A stretch of DNA of 64,000 bases from an uncultured Oscillospiraceae bacterium (GTDB lineage: Bacteria; Bacillota; Clostridia; Oscillospirales; Ruminococcaceae), in assembly GCA_964486925.1 (NCBI GenBank), contig CAZAOY010000002.1, positions 14,226 to 78,225 of the forward strand, read 5' to 3'. The notes under the pieces were generated by a model. The model ran no database searches. It was not told the origin of the DNA and worked only from the letters and a program-made list of their open reading frames with translations. This document shows positions 27,530 to 36,596 of the stretch, in pieces. Position numbers and translations under genes: made by a program. The stretch's first letter is position 1. Every line of letters starts with the position of its first letter.

Positions 27530-29413
27530 ATGGAGGAGAAGATAAAGAAACTGCATGACAAGGCGAGAGGTCTTGAGCTTACACCCGGTGTATATCTTAT
27601 GAAGGATAAATCGGGTGAGGTTATCTATGTAGGTAAGGCAAAGATGCTTAAAAATCGGGTAAGCAGTTACTTTACAAACATTAATGCACATACCGAAAAG
27701 GTGTACAAGATGGTAACCCAGGTGGAGGACTTTGACTATATCGTCACCACCGGTGAGTTTGAGGCGCTGGTATTAGAGTGTAGCCTAATAAAACAGTACA
27801 AGCCAAAATACAACATCCTGCTAAAGGACGACAAGGGGTACAACTATATTAAGGTGGAGAAGCCGAGTCTGTATCGATATCCTAAGATAAGTCCTTGCAT
27901 GAAGATGGGGGATGACAGCTGTGACTACCTAGGCCCATTTACCAGTACCTATACCGTAACCAGTGCGGTGGAGCAGGCGAACAAGATATTTATGCTACCC
28001 ACCTGTGGCAAAAGCTTTGAGAATGTGGGGAAAAAGGGGTATAAACCCTTAAGACCCTGCCTAAACCACTATATTAAACAGTGTATGGGGGTTTGCGGGG
28101 GTAAGGTTCGGCATGATGTGTACATGGAGAACTTTAACAGCGCTTTGTCCTACCTTAAAAAGGGGAGTGCCGAGCTTATCGAGTCGCTTAGTAGGGATAT
28201 GGAATCGGCGGCGGAGTCGCTTATGTTTGAAAAGGCGGCGGCGATTCGGGATAAGATCAATGCGATAAAGAAGATTAACCAGACCCAGAAGGTTTATATG
28301 ATAAACGCTAAGGATCAGGATGTTATCTGCATGGCGAGCAACTCCGATATATCGGTTATTACGGTGATTAACTTTAGAAACTCTATGCTTGTGGACAAGC
28401 AGGAGTTTGTGTTTTACGATGCATTTGACCAAGCGGCGCTTAGAGGGGATTTTATCGCTAACTTCTACCAGAATAAATCCGATATCCCAAACAGCGTGCT
28501 AATCGATGAGGAGATAGAGGATCGAAAGCTGATACAGGATATGCTCTCTAAGCTTGCGGGTAAGCGGGTGTTTGTGACGGTATGCAGTAGCTCTGACCAC
28601 AAAAAGTTAATGGCAATCGCCAGAAAGAATGCGGTAGACAGGCTTTCAAAGGCGGTAGGACGTACTACTAAGGAGCTGTCGGCGCTAGAGGAGCTACAGC
28701 AGATGTTAAAGCTTGATAAGCCCCCGATGTATATAGAAAGCTACGATATCTCTAACCTTGGCGACTCTAACATTGTCGGGGGGATGGTGGTGTTTGAGAA
28801 TGGTAGACCGCTAAAATCCGCCTACAAGCGGTTTATGATAAAGGATGTGGTGGTGCAGGACGACTATGCCAGCATGAGCGAGGTGATAACCCGCCGTTTT
28901 AACCGTTACCTTAATCGTGATACCGACAGCGATACCGATGAGGGGTTTGCAAGGCTACCCGATCTGATACTGCTAGACGGCGGTAAGGGGCATGTCAACA
29001 CAATCTCACCTATCCTAAAGCAGATGGGGCTTTCTATCCCGCTATTTGGGATGGTTAAGGACAGCAAGCATAAAACCAAGGCGATAGCGGCAGACAAGGA
29101 TGAGGACGGGCAGAACCACGAGGTATCCTTCTCCACCTTAAAATCAGCCTTCACCCTAGTTACCAACATACAGGATGAAGTCCATAGATTCTCCCTAGCC
29201 TACCAAAAGCAGAAACGAAAGTCCTCTGCATTTGAACTTTCGCTGACAAAGGTCAAGGGTATTGGACAGAAAAAGGCGGTAGCGCTTATTAAGCATTTTA
29301 AGACCCAAAAGGAACTACGACAGGCAGAGGTAAAGGATTTAATGTCCGTCGCGAAGATAAACGAGGAAACCGCCACACGACTACACAAATTTTTACAGGA
29401 ACAGAAGGTTTAG
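27530..29413 (+). CDS. uvrC: Excinuclease ABC subunit C
   Basis: 627 aa. GIY-YIG domain (GVYLMKDKSGEVIYVGKAKMLKNRVSSYF...YNILLKDDK), a UVR domain (FEKAAAIRDKINAIKK), an RNase H-like domain, and a C-terminal HhH (KGIGQKKAVALIKHF). Confidence 0.95.
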   Translation: MEEKIKKLHDKARGLELTPGVYLMKDKSGEVIYVGKAKMLKNRVSSYFTNINAHTEKVYKMVTQVEDFDYIVTTGEFEALVLECSLIKQYKPKYNILLKDDKGYNYIKVEKPSLYRYPKISPCMKMGDDSCDYLGPFTSTYTVTSAVEQANKIFMLPTCGKSFENVGKKGYKPLRPCLNHYIKQCMGVCGGKVRHDVYMENFNSALSYLKKGSAELIESLSRDMESAAESLMFEKAAAIRDKINAIKKINQTQKVYMINAKDQDVICMASNSDISVITVINFRNSMLVDKQEFVFYDAFDQAALRGDFIANFYQNKSDIPNSVLIDEEIEDRKLIQDMLSKLAGKRVFVTVCSSSDHKKLMAIARKNAVDRLSKAVGRTTKELSALEELQQMLKLDKPPMYIESYDISNLGDSNIVGGMVVFENGRPLKSAYKRFMIKDVVVQDDYASMSEVITRRFNRYLNRDTDSDTDEGFARLPDLILLDGGKGHVNTISPILKQMGLSIPLFGMVKDSKHKTKAIAADKDEDGQNHEVSFSTLKSAFTLVTNIQDEVHRFSLAYQKQKRKSSAFELSLTKVKGIGQKKAVALIKHFKTQKELRQAEVKDLMSVAKINEETATRLHKFLQEQKV

Positions 29414-29415
29414 AT

Positions 29416-30075
29416 ATGAGCATTACCTACAACGATATAAGGCAGAACAAGAGCATTAGAAGCTACATTGAACAGGCGGATAAAACCCTAGGAGCACTAG
29501 GGTTTACCGAACATTCCTTCGCCCACGTTACCATAACCGCAAACACCGCAAGCATGATCCTAACCGAGCTAGGCTACAGCCAGCGGGAGTGCGAGCTTGC
29601 ACGGATTGCAAGCTTTATGCACGATATTGGTAACATCGTAAACCGTATCGACCACGCACAGAGCGGGGCGGTTATCGCCTTTACCCTGCTAGAGCGTATG
29701 AACATGCCACCAGAGGAGATAGCGATTATCGTAAACGCCATCGGTCACCATGATGAAACCACGGCGGCGGCGGTCAGCCCCGTAGCGGCGGCGCTAATCC
29801 TAGCGGACAAGACCGATGTGCGCCGTAGTCGTACCCGAAACCGTGATTTTCTTACATATGATATCCACGACAGGGTAAACCATGCTGTGGTAGGCTCTAG
29901 GGTGTATATTGATGAAGAGAAATGTATCGTGCTAGAGCTTGATATCGACACAAAGCTTTCCCCTGTAATGGATTACTTTGAGATTTTTTTAGGGCGGATG
30001 CTGTTATGCCGAAAGGCGGCGGACTTTTTAAATGTAAAGTTTAAGCTTATAGTAAACGGTCAACAGCTTGTTTAG
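29416..30075 (+). CDS. HD-domain phosphohydrolase
   Basis: 219 aa. H...HD motif (FAHVT...FMHDIGN) and a later HHDE. Confidence 0.75.
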   Translation: MSITYNDIRQNKSIRSYIEQADKTLGALGFTEHSFAHVTITANTASMILTELGYSQRECELARIASFMHDIGNIVNRIDHAQSGAVIAFTLLERMNMPPEEIAIIVNAIGHHDETTAAAVSPVAAALILADKTDVRRSRTRNRDFLTYDIHDRVNHAVVGSRVYIDEEKCIVLELDIDTKLSPVMDYFEIFLGRMLLCRKAADFLNVKFKLIVNGQQLV

Positions 30076-30077
30076 GG

Positions 30078-30824
30078 ATGGAGAACGGATTAATGCAGGA
30101 TGAGATAGAGAATGTATACAGGTATGAGTGGCTTAGTGACAGCATAACGGTATGTGTTTCAAACGAGCACAGGTTTGGGACGGACGCATTTCTGTTAGCG
30201 GACTTTTGTAACGCAAAGCGGCGGGACAGGGTTTGCGATCTAGGGACAGGTTGCGGGATTATCCCGCTAGCGGTGCTACGAAACTACTCCCCAAGCTACA
30301 TATTAGGGGTGGATATACAGGAGCAGGCGGTATTGCAGTTTAACGAGGGTATTCGGTTATCAAGCTGCGGCAAGGTGGTTAAGGCGGTGTGTGCGGATCT
30401 TAAAGAGATTGGCGGGATGGTCGACAAAGCCTCATTTGATGTGGTTACATGTAACCCTCCATACAAGCTTAACGACACTGGGATAAAGAGCACCCTCACC
30501 GCCCAGATGATTGCCCGACATGAGGTGCTGTGTACCATAGATGACGTCTGTAAAGCTAGTGCAAAGCTACTGCGGTTTGGCGGAAAGCTTTGTATCTGTC
30601 AGCGCCCCGAGCGGCTAGGAGATGTGATAGTCGCCATGAAATCGGCGGGTATTGAGCCTAAGCGTTTACGGTTTGTATCCAAGAACCCGAACAGTGACCC
30701 ATGGTTATTTTTAATCGAGGGTAAAAAGGGAAGTAACCCTTACATGAAGGTTGAGAAGGGGTTGTATCTTTACGACGATAACGGCGAGTATACCGACGAG
30801 ATGAAGGGGATTTATAGGATGTAA
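30078..30824 (+). CDS. tRNA (adenine-N6)-methyltransferase, TrmN6/YfiC-like
   Basis: 248 aa. GTDAFLLADF, SAM motif DLGTGCGIIPL, catalytic NPPY and the downstream ARHE, as in TrmN6. Confidence 0.8.
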   Translation: MENGLMQDEIENVYRYEWLSDSITVCVSNEHRFGTDAFLLADFCNAKRRDRVCDLGTGCGIIPLAVLRNYSPSYILGVDIQEQAVLQFNEGIRLSSCGKVVKAVCADLKEIGGMVDKASFDVVTCNPPYKLNDTGIKSTLTAQMIARHEVLCTIDDVCKASAKLLRFGGKLCICQRPERLGDVIVAMKSAGIEPKRLRFVSKNPNSDPWLFLIEGKKGSNPYMKVEKGLYLYDDNGEYTDEMKGIYRM

Positions 30825-30931
30825 TGTTTGGTTATGATGGATATAACACATCTATTATTCAAGATAGTTTTATTCAGGGCTTTGAATTTCGCATGTAGTG
30901 TTTACTTAAGTAAGGTGAAGTAGTGATACAA

Positions 30932-31465
30932 ATGAAAAAGATAATATTAGCATTATTTCTAACAGTAATAGTAATTTCTTCATTTAATGGATGTACAGTG
31001 GGTAGTGATAGAACAAGTATTATTAATAGTTATATTGGTTTAGTATTTACCTGCCCGAATGAACAGCTTATAAAGGCGGACGATGAGTTTATGAAGATAC
31101 TCTCGGGAGATATCAGCCCAAACGACGCTAAAACGAACCCAGTTACCGACGAACTAACGCTACTGTTCTCTGATTTAACTACGCAGGCACAGCTGGAAAA
31201 GATAATTAGCCTTGATGAGATTATGAAATATAACCAAACCGCTAGGGAGGAGGGTTTTTTGACCACTCCTAAAAATATCACCATTACAAAGGACAAAAAA
31301 GACAGTAACCTATATCAGGTGGAGTTTGACCTAGAGATAGTACAAGATGGAGAAACAAAAGTAATAAAGACAACCTCCTCGGTGCAGTTTGATAAGGATA
31401 GGATAAGCTATTTTAACATCCATACCAAAGAGGTGGTAAAGACATTGTTACGGCTAGATAAGTAG
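30932..31465 (+). CDS. Lipoprotein of unknown function
   Basis: ORF 30923..31465, with the likely start at ATG 30932. Signal peptide plus lipobox SSFNGC. Confidence 0.55.
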   Translation: MKKIILALFLTVIVISSFNGCTVGSDRTSIINSYIGLVFTCPNEQLIKADDEFMKILSGDISPNDAKTNPVTDELTLLFSDLTTQAQLEKIISLDEIMKYNQTAREEGFLTTPKNITITKDKKDSNLYQVEFDLEIVQDGETKVIKTTSSVQFDKDRISYFNIHTKEVVKTLLRLDK

Positions 31466-31548
31466 TGGGTTAAATAACCCATGCTCGGTATGGTAATGTA
31501 CACTAAAAGAATAAAACAGGTAAAATACTTAGTAGTCGGCATAGTAGT

Positions 31549-31616
31549 ATATACCTAAAGCTGGTGTTGTATGAAGATTTCATCTTAATACAACATTAGC
31601 TTTAGGTATATTTTTA
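31549..31616 (+). terminator. Long-stem rho-independent terminator
   Basis: ~30-bp imperfect hairpin ATATACCTAAAGCTGGTGTTGTATGAAGAT / ATCTTAATACAACATTAGCTTTAGGTATAT, followed by TTTTT. Confidence 0.75.
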
Positions 31617-31765
31617 TTAGGCAACATTTGTAAAGTCTGTTTGTATTTATTATGGTTTTATCTATTTTATGTTACAGTTTATATGAGTGTTAAACATGCC
31701 ATAAAAAGCTTTCCCTTGGCAAGGTGTTTAAATTATTAAATATTTATCTGTTCACTAAAATTTTA

Positions 31766-31794
31766 TTGATTTAATTGTCAAATTATGATATAAT
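31766..31794 (+). promoter_or_regulatory. Strong SigA-type promoter (extended -10)
   Basis: TTGATT (31766-31771), 17-nt spacer, TGaTATAAT (31786-31794). The -10 half is duplicated at 32155-32163, just upstream of ruvC. Confidence 0.6.
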
Positions 31795-31810
31795 AAACAT
31801 GTAAAAGGAA
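31783..31810 (+). repeat. 28-nt direct repeat, copy 1
   Basis: TTATGATATAATAAACATGTAAAAGGAA. It is 27/28 identical to 32152..32179. Confidence 0.9.
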
Positions 31811-31887
31811 TTGTAAATCTTCGATTTACATTATGTGTTTATTCTATCTTTAAAGGAAGAAAGCCTAGACGGCTATAAATTATTCAC

Positions 31888-32150
31888 TCAACTTTCGCAC
31901 CTCGTAAATACTGGCTGTAACATGGCAAAGCGGGTAAGTTTGACTATTTTTGTTTGCTTTTTTGCTTTAAATCTATGCCCTACACTATCGCAACCACCCT
32001 GTGGTTGCTTAGGGGCTTGCCGCCCTCTGCCCGCTTTTAAAGGAAAAGCCTGCGGGCGGGATATTACAATGAGGCTCTGCCTCAAACTCCGCTGGGGTAG
32101 AACCACCCCAGACCCCATTCTTTTAGAGATTACGAAGGTGCGAAAGTTGA
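31888..32150 (+). repeat. Structured GC-rich repeat element, copy 1 (MITE-like or ncRNA; unclassified)
   Basis: 263 nt. The ends TCAACTTTCGCACCTCGTAA ... TTACGAAGGTGCGAAAGTTGA form a ~20-bp terminal inverted repeat. Internal hairpins: GCAACCA-CCCTG-TGGTTGC, TGAGGC-TCT-GCCTCA, CTGGGGT-AGAACC-ACCCCAG. A second copy lies at 33447..33707 on the other strand. Confidence 0.85.
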
Positions 32151-32151
32151 T

Positions 32152-32179
32152 TTATGATATAATAAACACGTAAAAGGAA
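32152..32179 (+). repeat. 28-nt direct repeat, copy 2
   Basis: TTATGATATAATAAACACGTAAAAGGAA, immediately after repeat element copy 1 and 43 nt upstream of the ruvC ATG. Confidence 0.9.
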
Positions 32180-32221
32180 AAACCAAATAACCAAACAAAT
32201 AAATAAAAAGTGGTGCAATAG

Positions 32222-32719
32222 ATGAAGGTAGTAGGGATTGACCCTGGGTATGCGATAGTGGGGTATGGTGTGGTGGAGTATGTAAAGTCTAGGTTTGTGA
32301 CACTAGACTACGGCTCGGTGATAACCACTGCGGACACACCGTATGAAAGACGGCTTTTGACGATATATGGCGACCTGTGCGACCTGTTTATGATACATAA
32401 ACCCGATGCAGTAGCTATAGAGCGGCTTTTTTTTACCACAAACCAAAAGACCGCAATGGCTGTAGCGCAGGCAAGGGGGGTTATCATCCTTGCCGCTACC
32501 ATTAACAATATAAAGGTGTACGAATACACCCCGCTACAGGTTAAACAGTCGGTGGTTGGGTATGGGAAGGCGCAAAAACATCAGGTGCAGGAGATGACAA
32601 GGCGACTGCTAAACCTTAAGGAAGTGCCAAAACCCGATGATACGGCGGATGCGCTTGCGGTGGCGATCTGTCATGCCCATGGGGCGGGGTCGCTAATGCG
32701 GTATGCAGATGGAAGGTAA
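32222..32719 (+). CDS. ruvC: Crossover junction endodeoxyribonuclease RuvC
   Basis: 165 aa. VVGIDPGYAIVGYGVV (catalytic Asp), AIERLFF, and DDTADALAVAICHA at the C-terminus. Confidence 0.93.
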   Translation: MKVVGIDPGYAIVGYGVVEYVKSRFVTLDYGSVITTADTPYERRLLTIYGDLCDLFMIHKPDAVAIERLFFTTNQKTAMAVAQARGVIILAATINNIKVYEYTPLQVKQSVVGYGKAQKHQVQEMTRRLLNLKEVPKPDDTADALAVAICHAHGAGSLMRYADGR

Positions 32720-32804
32720 GTAATGCTATGCGTAATAAGCAAGCGTTGCTTGACACCTATGCAAAGCTACAGTAGGATAGTATAAGCGGTTGAAAGGATA
32801 GAGT

Positions 32805-33407
32805 ATGATATATAGTTTAAAGGGTGTGCTTGTGCATACCGAGATAGGGCTTGCGGTAATTGAATGCGGCGGGGTTGGGTATGGTGTAAGGACGTCACTG
32901 TCCACCCTTGGGGCGTTACCGAAGATTGGGGAGGTTGCTACCGTCTACACCTATATGAGTGTACGTGAGGACGCGGTGGAGCTGTTTGGATTTGCGGATA
33001 AAGAGGAGTTAAACTGCTTTAAAATGCTAATATCGGTATCGGGGGTAGGCCCTAAGGCGGGGATCTCGATACTGTCTGATCTCACTCCTCAAAAATTTGC
33101 GCTATGCGTGGCGACAGGGGATAGCAAGGCTCTTACAAAATGTCAAGGTATCGGGCTTAAAACCGCTAGTCGTATTGTACTGGAGTTAAAGGACAAGATA
33201 GCTAAAGAACAGATATCGGGCAAAAATGCAGTCTATGCCGATATCCCGCAGATTTCGTCAAACTCCGCAACCTCAGAAGCGATTAGCGCACTGGTGGTGT
33301 TAGGCTACTCACAAAGCGAAGCCGCAATGGCTATCGCTAAAGCAGAACCCGACGCAACGGTAGAGGATTTAATTCGATTAGGACTAAAACGTCTGGCGAT
33401 GAACTAG
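32805..33407 (+). CDS. ruvA: Holliday junction DNA helicase subunit RuvA
   Basis: 200 aa. MIYSLKG...GVGYGV OB domain, HhH motifs (VSGVGPKAGISIL, GIGLKTASRIVLEL), and C-terminal domain III (ALVVLGYSQSEA). Confidence 0.93.
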   Translation: MIYSLKGVLVHTEIGLAVIECGGVGYGVRTSLSTLGALPKIGEVATVYTYMSVREDAVELFGFADKEELNCFKMLISVSGVGPKAGISILSDLTPQKFALCVATGDSKALTKCQGIGLKTASRIVLELKDKIAKEQISGKNAVYADIPQISSNSATSEAISALVVLGYSQSEAAMAIAKAEPDATVEDLIRLGLKRLAMN

Positions 33408-33446
33408 CGTTAAACGAAACTAATATAAAAACAAAACTAACATAAA

Positions 33447-33707
33447 TCAACTGTCGCACCTGCGAAACCCTAAAAAAATGGGGTCTGGGGTGGTTCTACC
33501 CCAGCGGAGTTTGAGGCAGAGCCTCATTATAATCACCCGCCCGCAGGCGTACCTATAAAAGCGGGTAGAGGGCAGCAAGCCCCTAAGCAACCACAGGGTG
33601 GCTGCGATAGTGTGGGGCATGAATTTGAAGAAAAAAACAAACTGAAAATAGTCAAACTTGCCTGCTTTGCCATTTTACAGCCAGTATTTGCGGGGTGCGA
33701 AAGTTGA
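33447..33707 (-). repeat. Structured GC-rich repeat element, copy 2 (inverted relative to copy 1)
   Basis: The reverse complement aligns end to end with 31888..32150. It has the same termini (TCAACTTTCGCACC...GGTGCGACAGTTGA) and the same three hairpins. It is flanked by the 11-nt direct repeat ACAAAACTAAC (33431-33441 and 33711-33721). Confidence 0.85.
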
Positions 33708-33909
33708 GTAACAAAACTAACCCAGTCTGGTGGTTTAAACATAGTCAGCTGCATATCTGGAACGCATACAATGAGTTCCCTATATTGGTTACGTTCCTAC
33801 ATTAGTTTCATTGTTAAATTGGTTTCATTTATTCGATCTATCACATACATACAAAACATTCAGACTTATCCATATAATGGCACAGCTAGCGAAAGATGAG
33901 GGTACTATA

Positions 33910-34959
33910 ATGCTGCAATCCGGCAAAGATTTTGATTTTGAGAATAGACTAGATGACAGGGTAACTACCCCCGAGTTTGGATCGGAGGATGCTCTTATTG
34001 AGTTCTCCCTTCGTCCTAAAACGCTAGGCGAGTATATAGGGCAGGAGAAGGCTAAGGAGAATCTTTCCATCTTTATCGAGGCGGCAAAGGGTAGGGGAGA
34101 ACCACTTGACCATGTTCTGCTCTACGGCCCTCCCGGGCTTGGTAAGACCACGTTGTCAAACATTATTGCAAACGAAATGAACGTTAACATAAAGATTACC
34201 TCAGGGCCTGCTATCGAAAAGCCGGGGGATCTAGCGGCACTGCTCTCTAACCTTAGCAGCGGGGATATCCTGTTTATCGATGAGATACATCGGCTCTCCC
34301 GCTCGGTTGAGGAGGTTTTATACCCCGCTATGGAGGACTTTGCGCTTGATATCATGATAGGCAAAGGCCCTTCGGCACGTTCTATTAGGATAGACCTACC
34401 TAAGTTTACCCTAGTTGGGGCGACTACAAGGGCGGGACAGCTAACCACCCCGCTTAGGGATAGGTTTGGGGTAATACTACGGCTTGAGCTTTACAACAAA
34501 GAGGAGCTTGCGACTATAATCCAAAGGAGCGCTAACATACTGGAGATACCATGTAACCATGGGGGTGCGCTAGAGCTTGCAATTCGCTCAAGGGGTACTC
34601 CACGTATCGCAAACCGCCTGCTAAAGCGGGTGAGGGACTTTGCGCAGGTTTTGGGGGATGGTACTATCACCGACAAGATCGTGGATGTAGCGCTAAGTAA
34701 GCTTGAGATTGACGGACTGGGACTGGACAACATCGACCGACGGATGTTAGACTGTATTATTAAGATGTATGGCGGCGGCCCTGTCGGACTTGATACCCTT
34801 GCGGCGGCGCTTGGTGAGGAGGCTATCACGCTGGAGGATGTCTATGAGCCGTATCTAATGCAGTTAGGTTTTCTAAGCCGAACCCCACGAGGACGGTGTG
34901 TAACACAGCTTGCCTACAAGCACCTAGGTTTGGCGATCCCTGGACAGCAGACGTTGTAA
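33910..34959 (+). CDS. ruvB: Holliday junction DNA helicase RuvB
   Basis: ORF 33811..34959, with the likely start at ATG 33910, after [18 protein letters not shown], Walker [10 protein letters not shown], Walker [10 protein letters not shown], sensor/arginine finger motifs, and the C-terminal wHTH. Confidence 0.95.
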   Translation: MLQSGKDFDFENRLDDRVTTPEFGSEDALIEFSLRPKTLGEYIGQEKAKENLSIFIEAAKGRGEPLDHVLLYGPPGLGKTTLSNIIANEMNVNIKITSGPAIEKPGDLAALLSNLSSGDILFIDEIHRLSRSVEEVLYPAMEDFALDIMIGKGPSARSIRIDLPKFTLVGATTRAGQLTTPLRDRFGVILRLELYNKEELATIIQRSANILEIPCNHGGALELAIRSRGTPRIANRLLKRVRDFAQVLGDGTITDKIVDVALSKLEIDGLGLDNIDRRMLDCIIKMYGGGPVGLDTLAAALGEEAITLEDVYEPYLMQLGFLSRTPRGRCVTQLAYKHLGLAIPGQQTL

Positions 34960-35243
34960 TTATATATAATTGCCCACTTTAGCTGATATTACTAGATAAC
35001 CACTTGCGGGCAGGTCATGCAGTTACAAAGGTGAAGATGGGTTAGTGTAATATTAATATGGTTTTATTGCCTTATACGCGATGCAAATGAATATTTAAGT
35101 ACATTTAGATGATTTTGACATATACTATTATAAAAAATAGTTAGTTTGAAAAATTAAGTGAAAGGAAGCTTTATACGAGAGTGTACGGTTTTTATACCAC
35201 GGTTATTATACTGAATGCTCTTGTTTAAAGTATGGTTTGAGAT

Positions 35244-36596
35244 ATGGGTAGACTTTTTGGAACAGATGGAGCAAGAGGGATTGCTAATGTGGATCTTGAT
35301 TGCGAGATGGCGCTAAAGATTGGTAGGGCGGCGGCTTTTGTGCTTACCCGTCATACCGAAACGAAGCCTAAGATTGTAATTGGGATGGATACTAGGGTAT
35401 CTTGTGATATGTTGCAGTCGGCGCTCTGTGCGGGGATCTGCTCTGTTGGAGCGGATGTGGATATCTTAGGGGTTGTGCCTACCCCTGCGGTGGCTTATCT
35501 AATCTGCGAATATTCGGCGGATGCGGGGATTATGATATCTGCCTCCCATAACCCTGTGGAGTACAACGGTATCAAGCTGTTTAGCTCTACCGGCTACAAG
35601 CTTTCCGACGAGATGGAGGAGGAGATCGAAAGCCTAGTGTTGGATGACCCATCCCCTGTAACCCTTAAAACTGGGGTTGAGATTGGACGTATCTACAAGC
35701 GTAAGAGCGCGGTTAAGGATTACATCGACCATATCAGAAGCACTACCGATATCGACCTAACAGGGATAAAGGTAGCGCTTGACTGTGCTAACGGTAGTGC
35801 GAGCGTTACGGCTAGGATGTTGTTTAGCGGACTTGGTGCGGAGTGTGTTATAATCCATGACAGCCCTGACGGTATGAATATCAATGAAAACTGCGGTTCG
35901 ACAAGCCTAGACTCCTTAATCTATGCGGTTAAGAGGTATGAATGTGATTTAGGGATTGCGTTTGATGGAGATGCTGATAGGTGCCTTGCGGTGGACGAAA
36001 ACGGCAGGCGGCTTAGCGGGGATCAGATTATCGCAATACTTGCTAAGGATATGAAGGATAAGGGTAAGCTTGTGGACGATACCGTTGTGGTGACGGTTAT
36101 GTCAAACTTTGGTATGCATAAGTTTGCTAAGGATAATGGTATCTCGCTAAAGGTTACCGGAGTTGGGGATAGGTATGTCCTAGAGGAGATGGTAAAATCG
36201 GGATATAACATCGGGGGCGAGGAATCGGGGCATATTATCTTCTCGGATTTTGCGCAGACAGGGGATGGACAGCTGTCGGCGGTACAGCTACTGACCATCT
36301 ATAAAAAATCGGGTAAATCTTTATCGGAGCTAGCGTCGGTTATGACCCGCTCACCGCAGTATCTAACCTCTGTGAACGCTACAGCGGAGCAAAAGGAGCT
36401 GTTTAAGGGTGATGAGGAGATTGAAGCGGTGATAAAGCAGGTGGAACGAGAGCTTGCAGATACCGGACGAGTGCTTGTTAGACCGTCGGGCACTGAAAAT
36501 ATAATTAGGGTTATGATAGAGGGTGCGGACTACAGCACCATTAAGGGATACTGCGGAGTTATTAGCAGAAAGATTGAGGAGAGGATAAACCGTTGA
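35244..36596 (+). CDS. glmM: Phosphoglucosamine mutase
   Basis: 450 aa. MGRLFGTDGARG, phosphoserine loop SASHNPVEYNGIK, metal loop FDGDADR, sugar loop GEESGH, and RPSGTE. Confidence 0.95.
   Translation: MGRLFGTDGARGIANVDLDCEMALKIGRAAAFVLTRHTETKPKIVIGMDTRVSCDMLQSALCAGICSVGADVDILGVVPTPAVAYLICEYSADAGIMISASHNPVEYNGIKLFSSTGYKLSDEMEEEIESLVLDDPSPVTLKTGVEIGRIYKRKSAVKDYIDHIRSTTDIDLTGIKVALDCANGSASVTARMLFSGLGAECVIIHDSPDGMNINENCGSTSLDSLIYAVKRYECDLGIAFDGDADRCLAVDENGRRLSGDQIIAILAKDMKDKGKLVDDTVVVTVMSNFGMHKFAKDNGISLKVTGVGDRYVLEEMVKSGYNIGGEESGHIIFSDFAQTGDGQLSAVQLLTIYKKSGKSLSELASVMTRSPQYLTSVNATAEQKELFKGDEEIEAVIKQVERELADTGRVLVRPSGTENIIRVMIEGADYSTIKGYCGVISRKIEERINR

Noticed and set aside
31888-32150. Considered 6S RNA, SRP (scRNA), RNase P RNA, tmRNA or a group II intron fragment as the identity of the structured repeat.
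   Set aside because: It lacks the hallmark sequences I know for these RNAs: the GGAAGCAGCC-type SRP domain IV, the GAGGAAAGUCC of RNase P, and the tRNA-like ends or tag ORF of tmRNA. It is not a single long irregular rod like 6S RNA. It is also present twice in opposite orientations. It remains unclassified.
31835-32173. 112-aa ORF (and its counterpart 33533..33754 on the minus strand) encoding similar Cys/Pro-rich peptides (LSQPPCGCLGAC).
   Set aside because: Both ORFs lie entirely inside the two copies of the repeat element, so the peptide similarity is a by-product of the DNA repeat. There is no RBS. The ORF boundaries differ between the copies. The sequence is dominated by stem-loops and terminal inverted repeats. 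I treat it as non-coding.
34960-35243. Checked the 284-nt region upstream of glmM for a glmS ribozyme or other riboswitch. Also noted the absence of cdaA/cdaR upstream.
   Set aside because: The glmS ribozyme precedes glmS, not glmM, and I could not see its conserved core or any other recognisable aptamer. The region is AT-rich and looks like ordinary promoter DNA. Absence of cdaA-cdaR linkage is not unusual enough to report.
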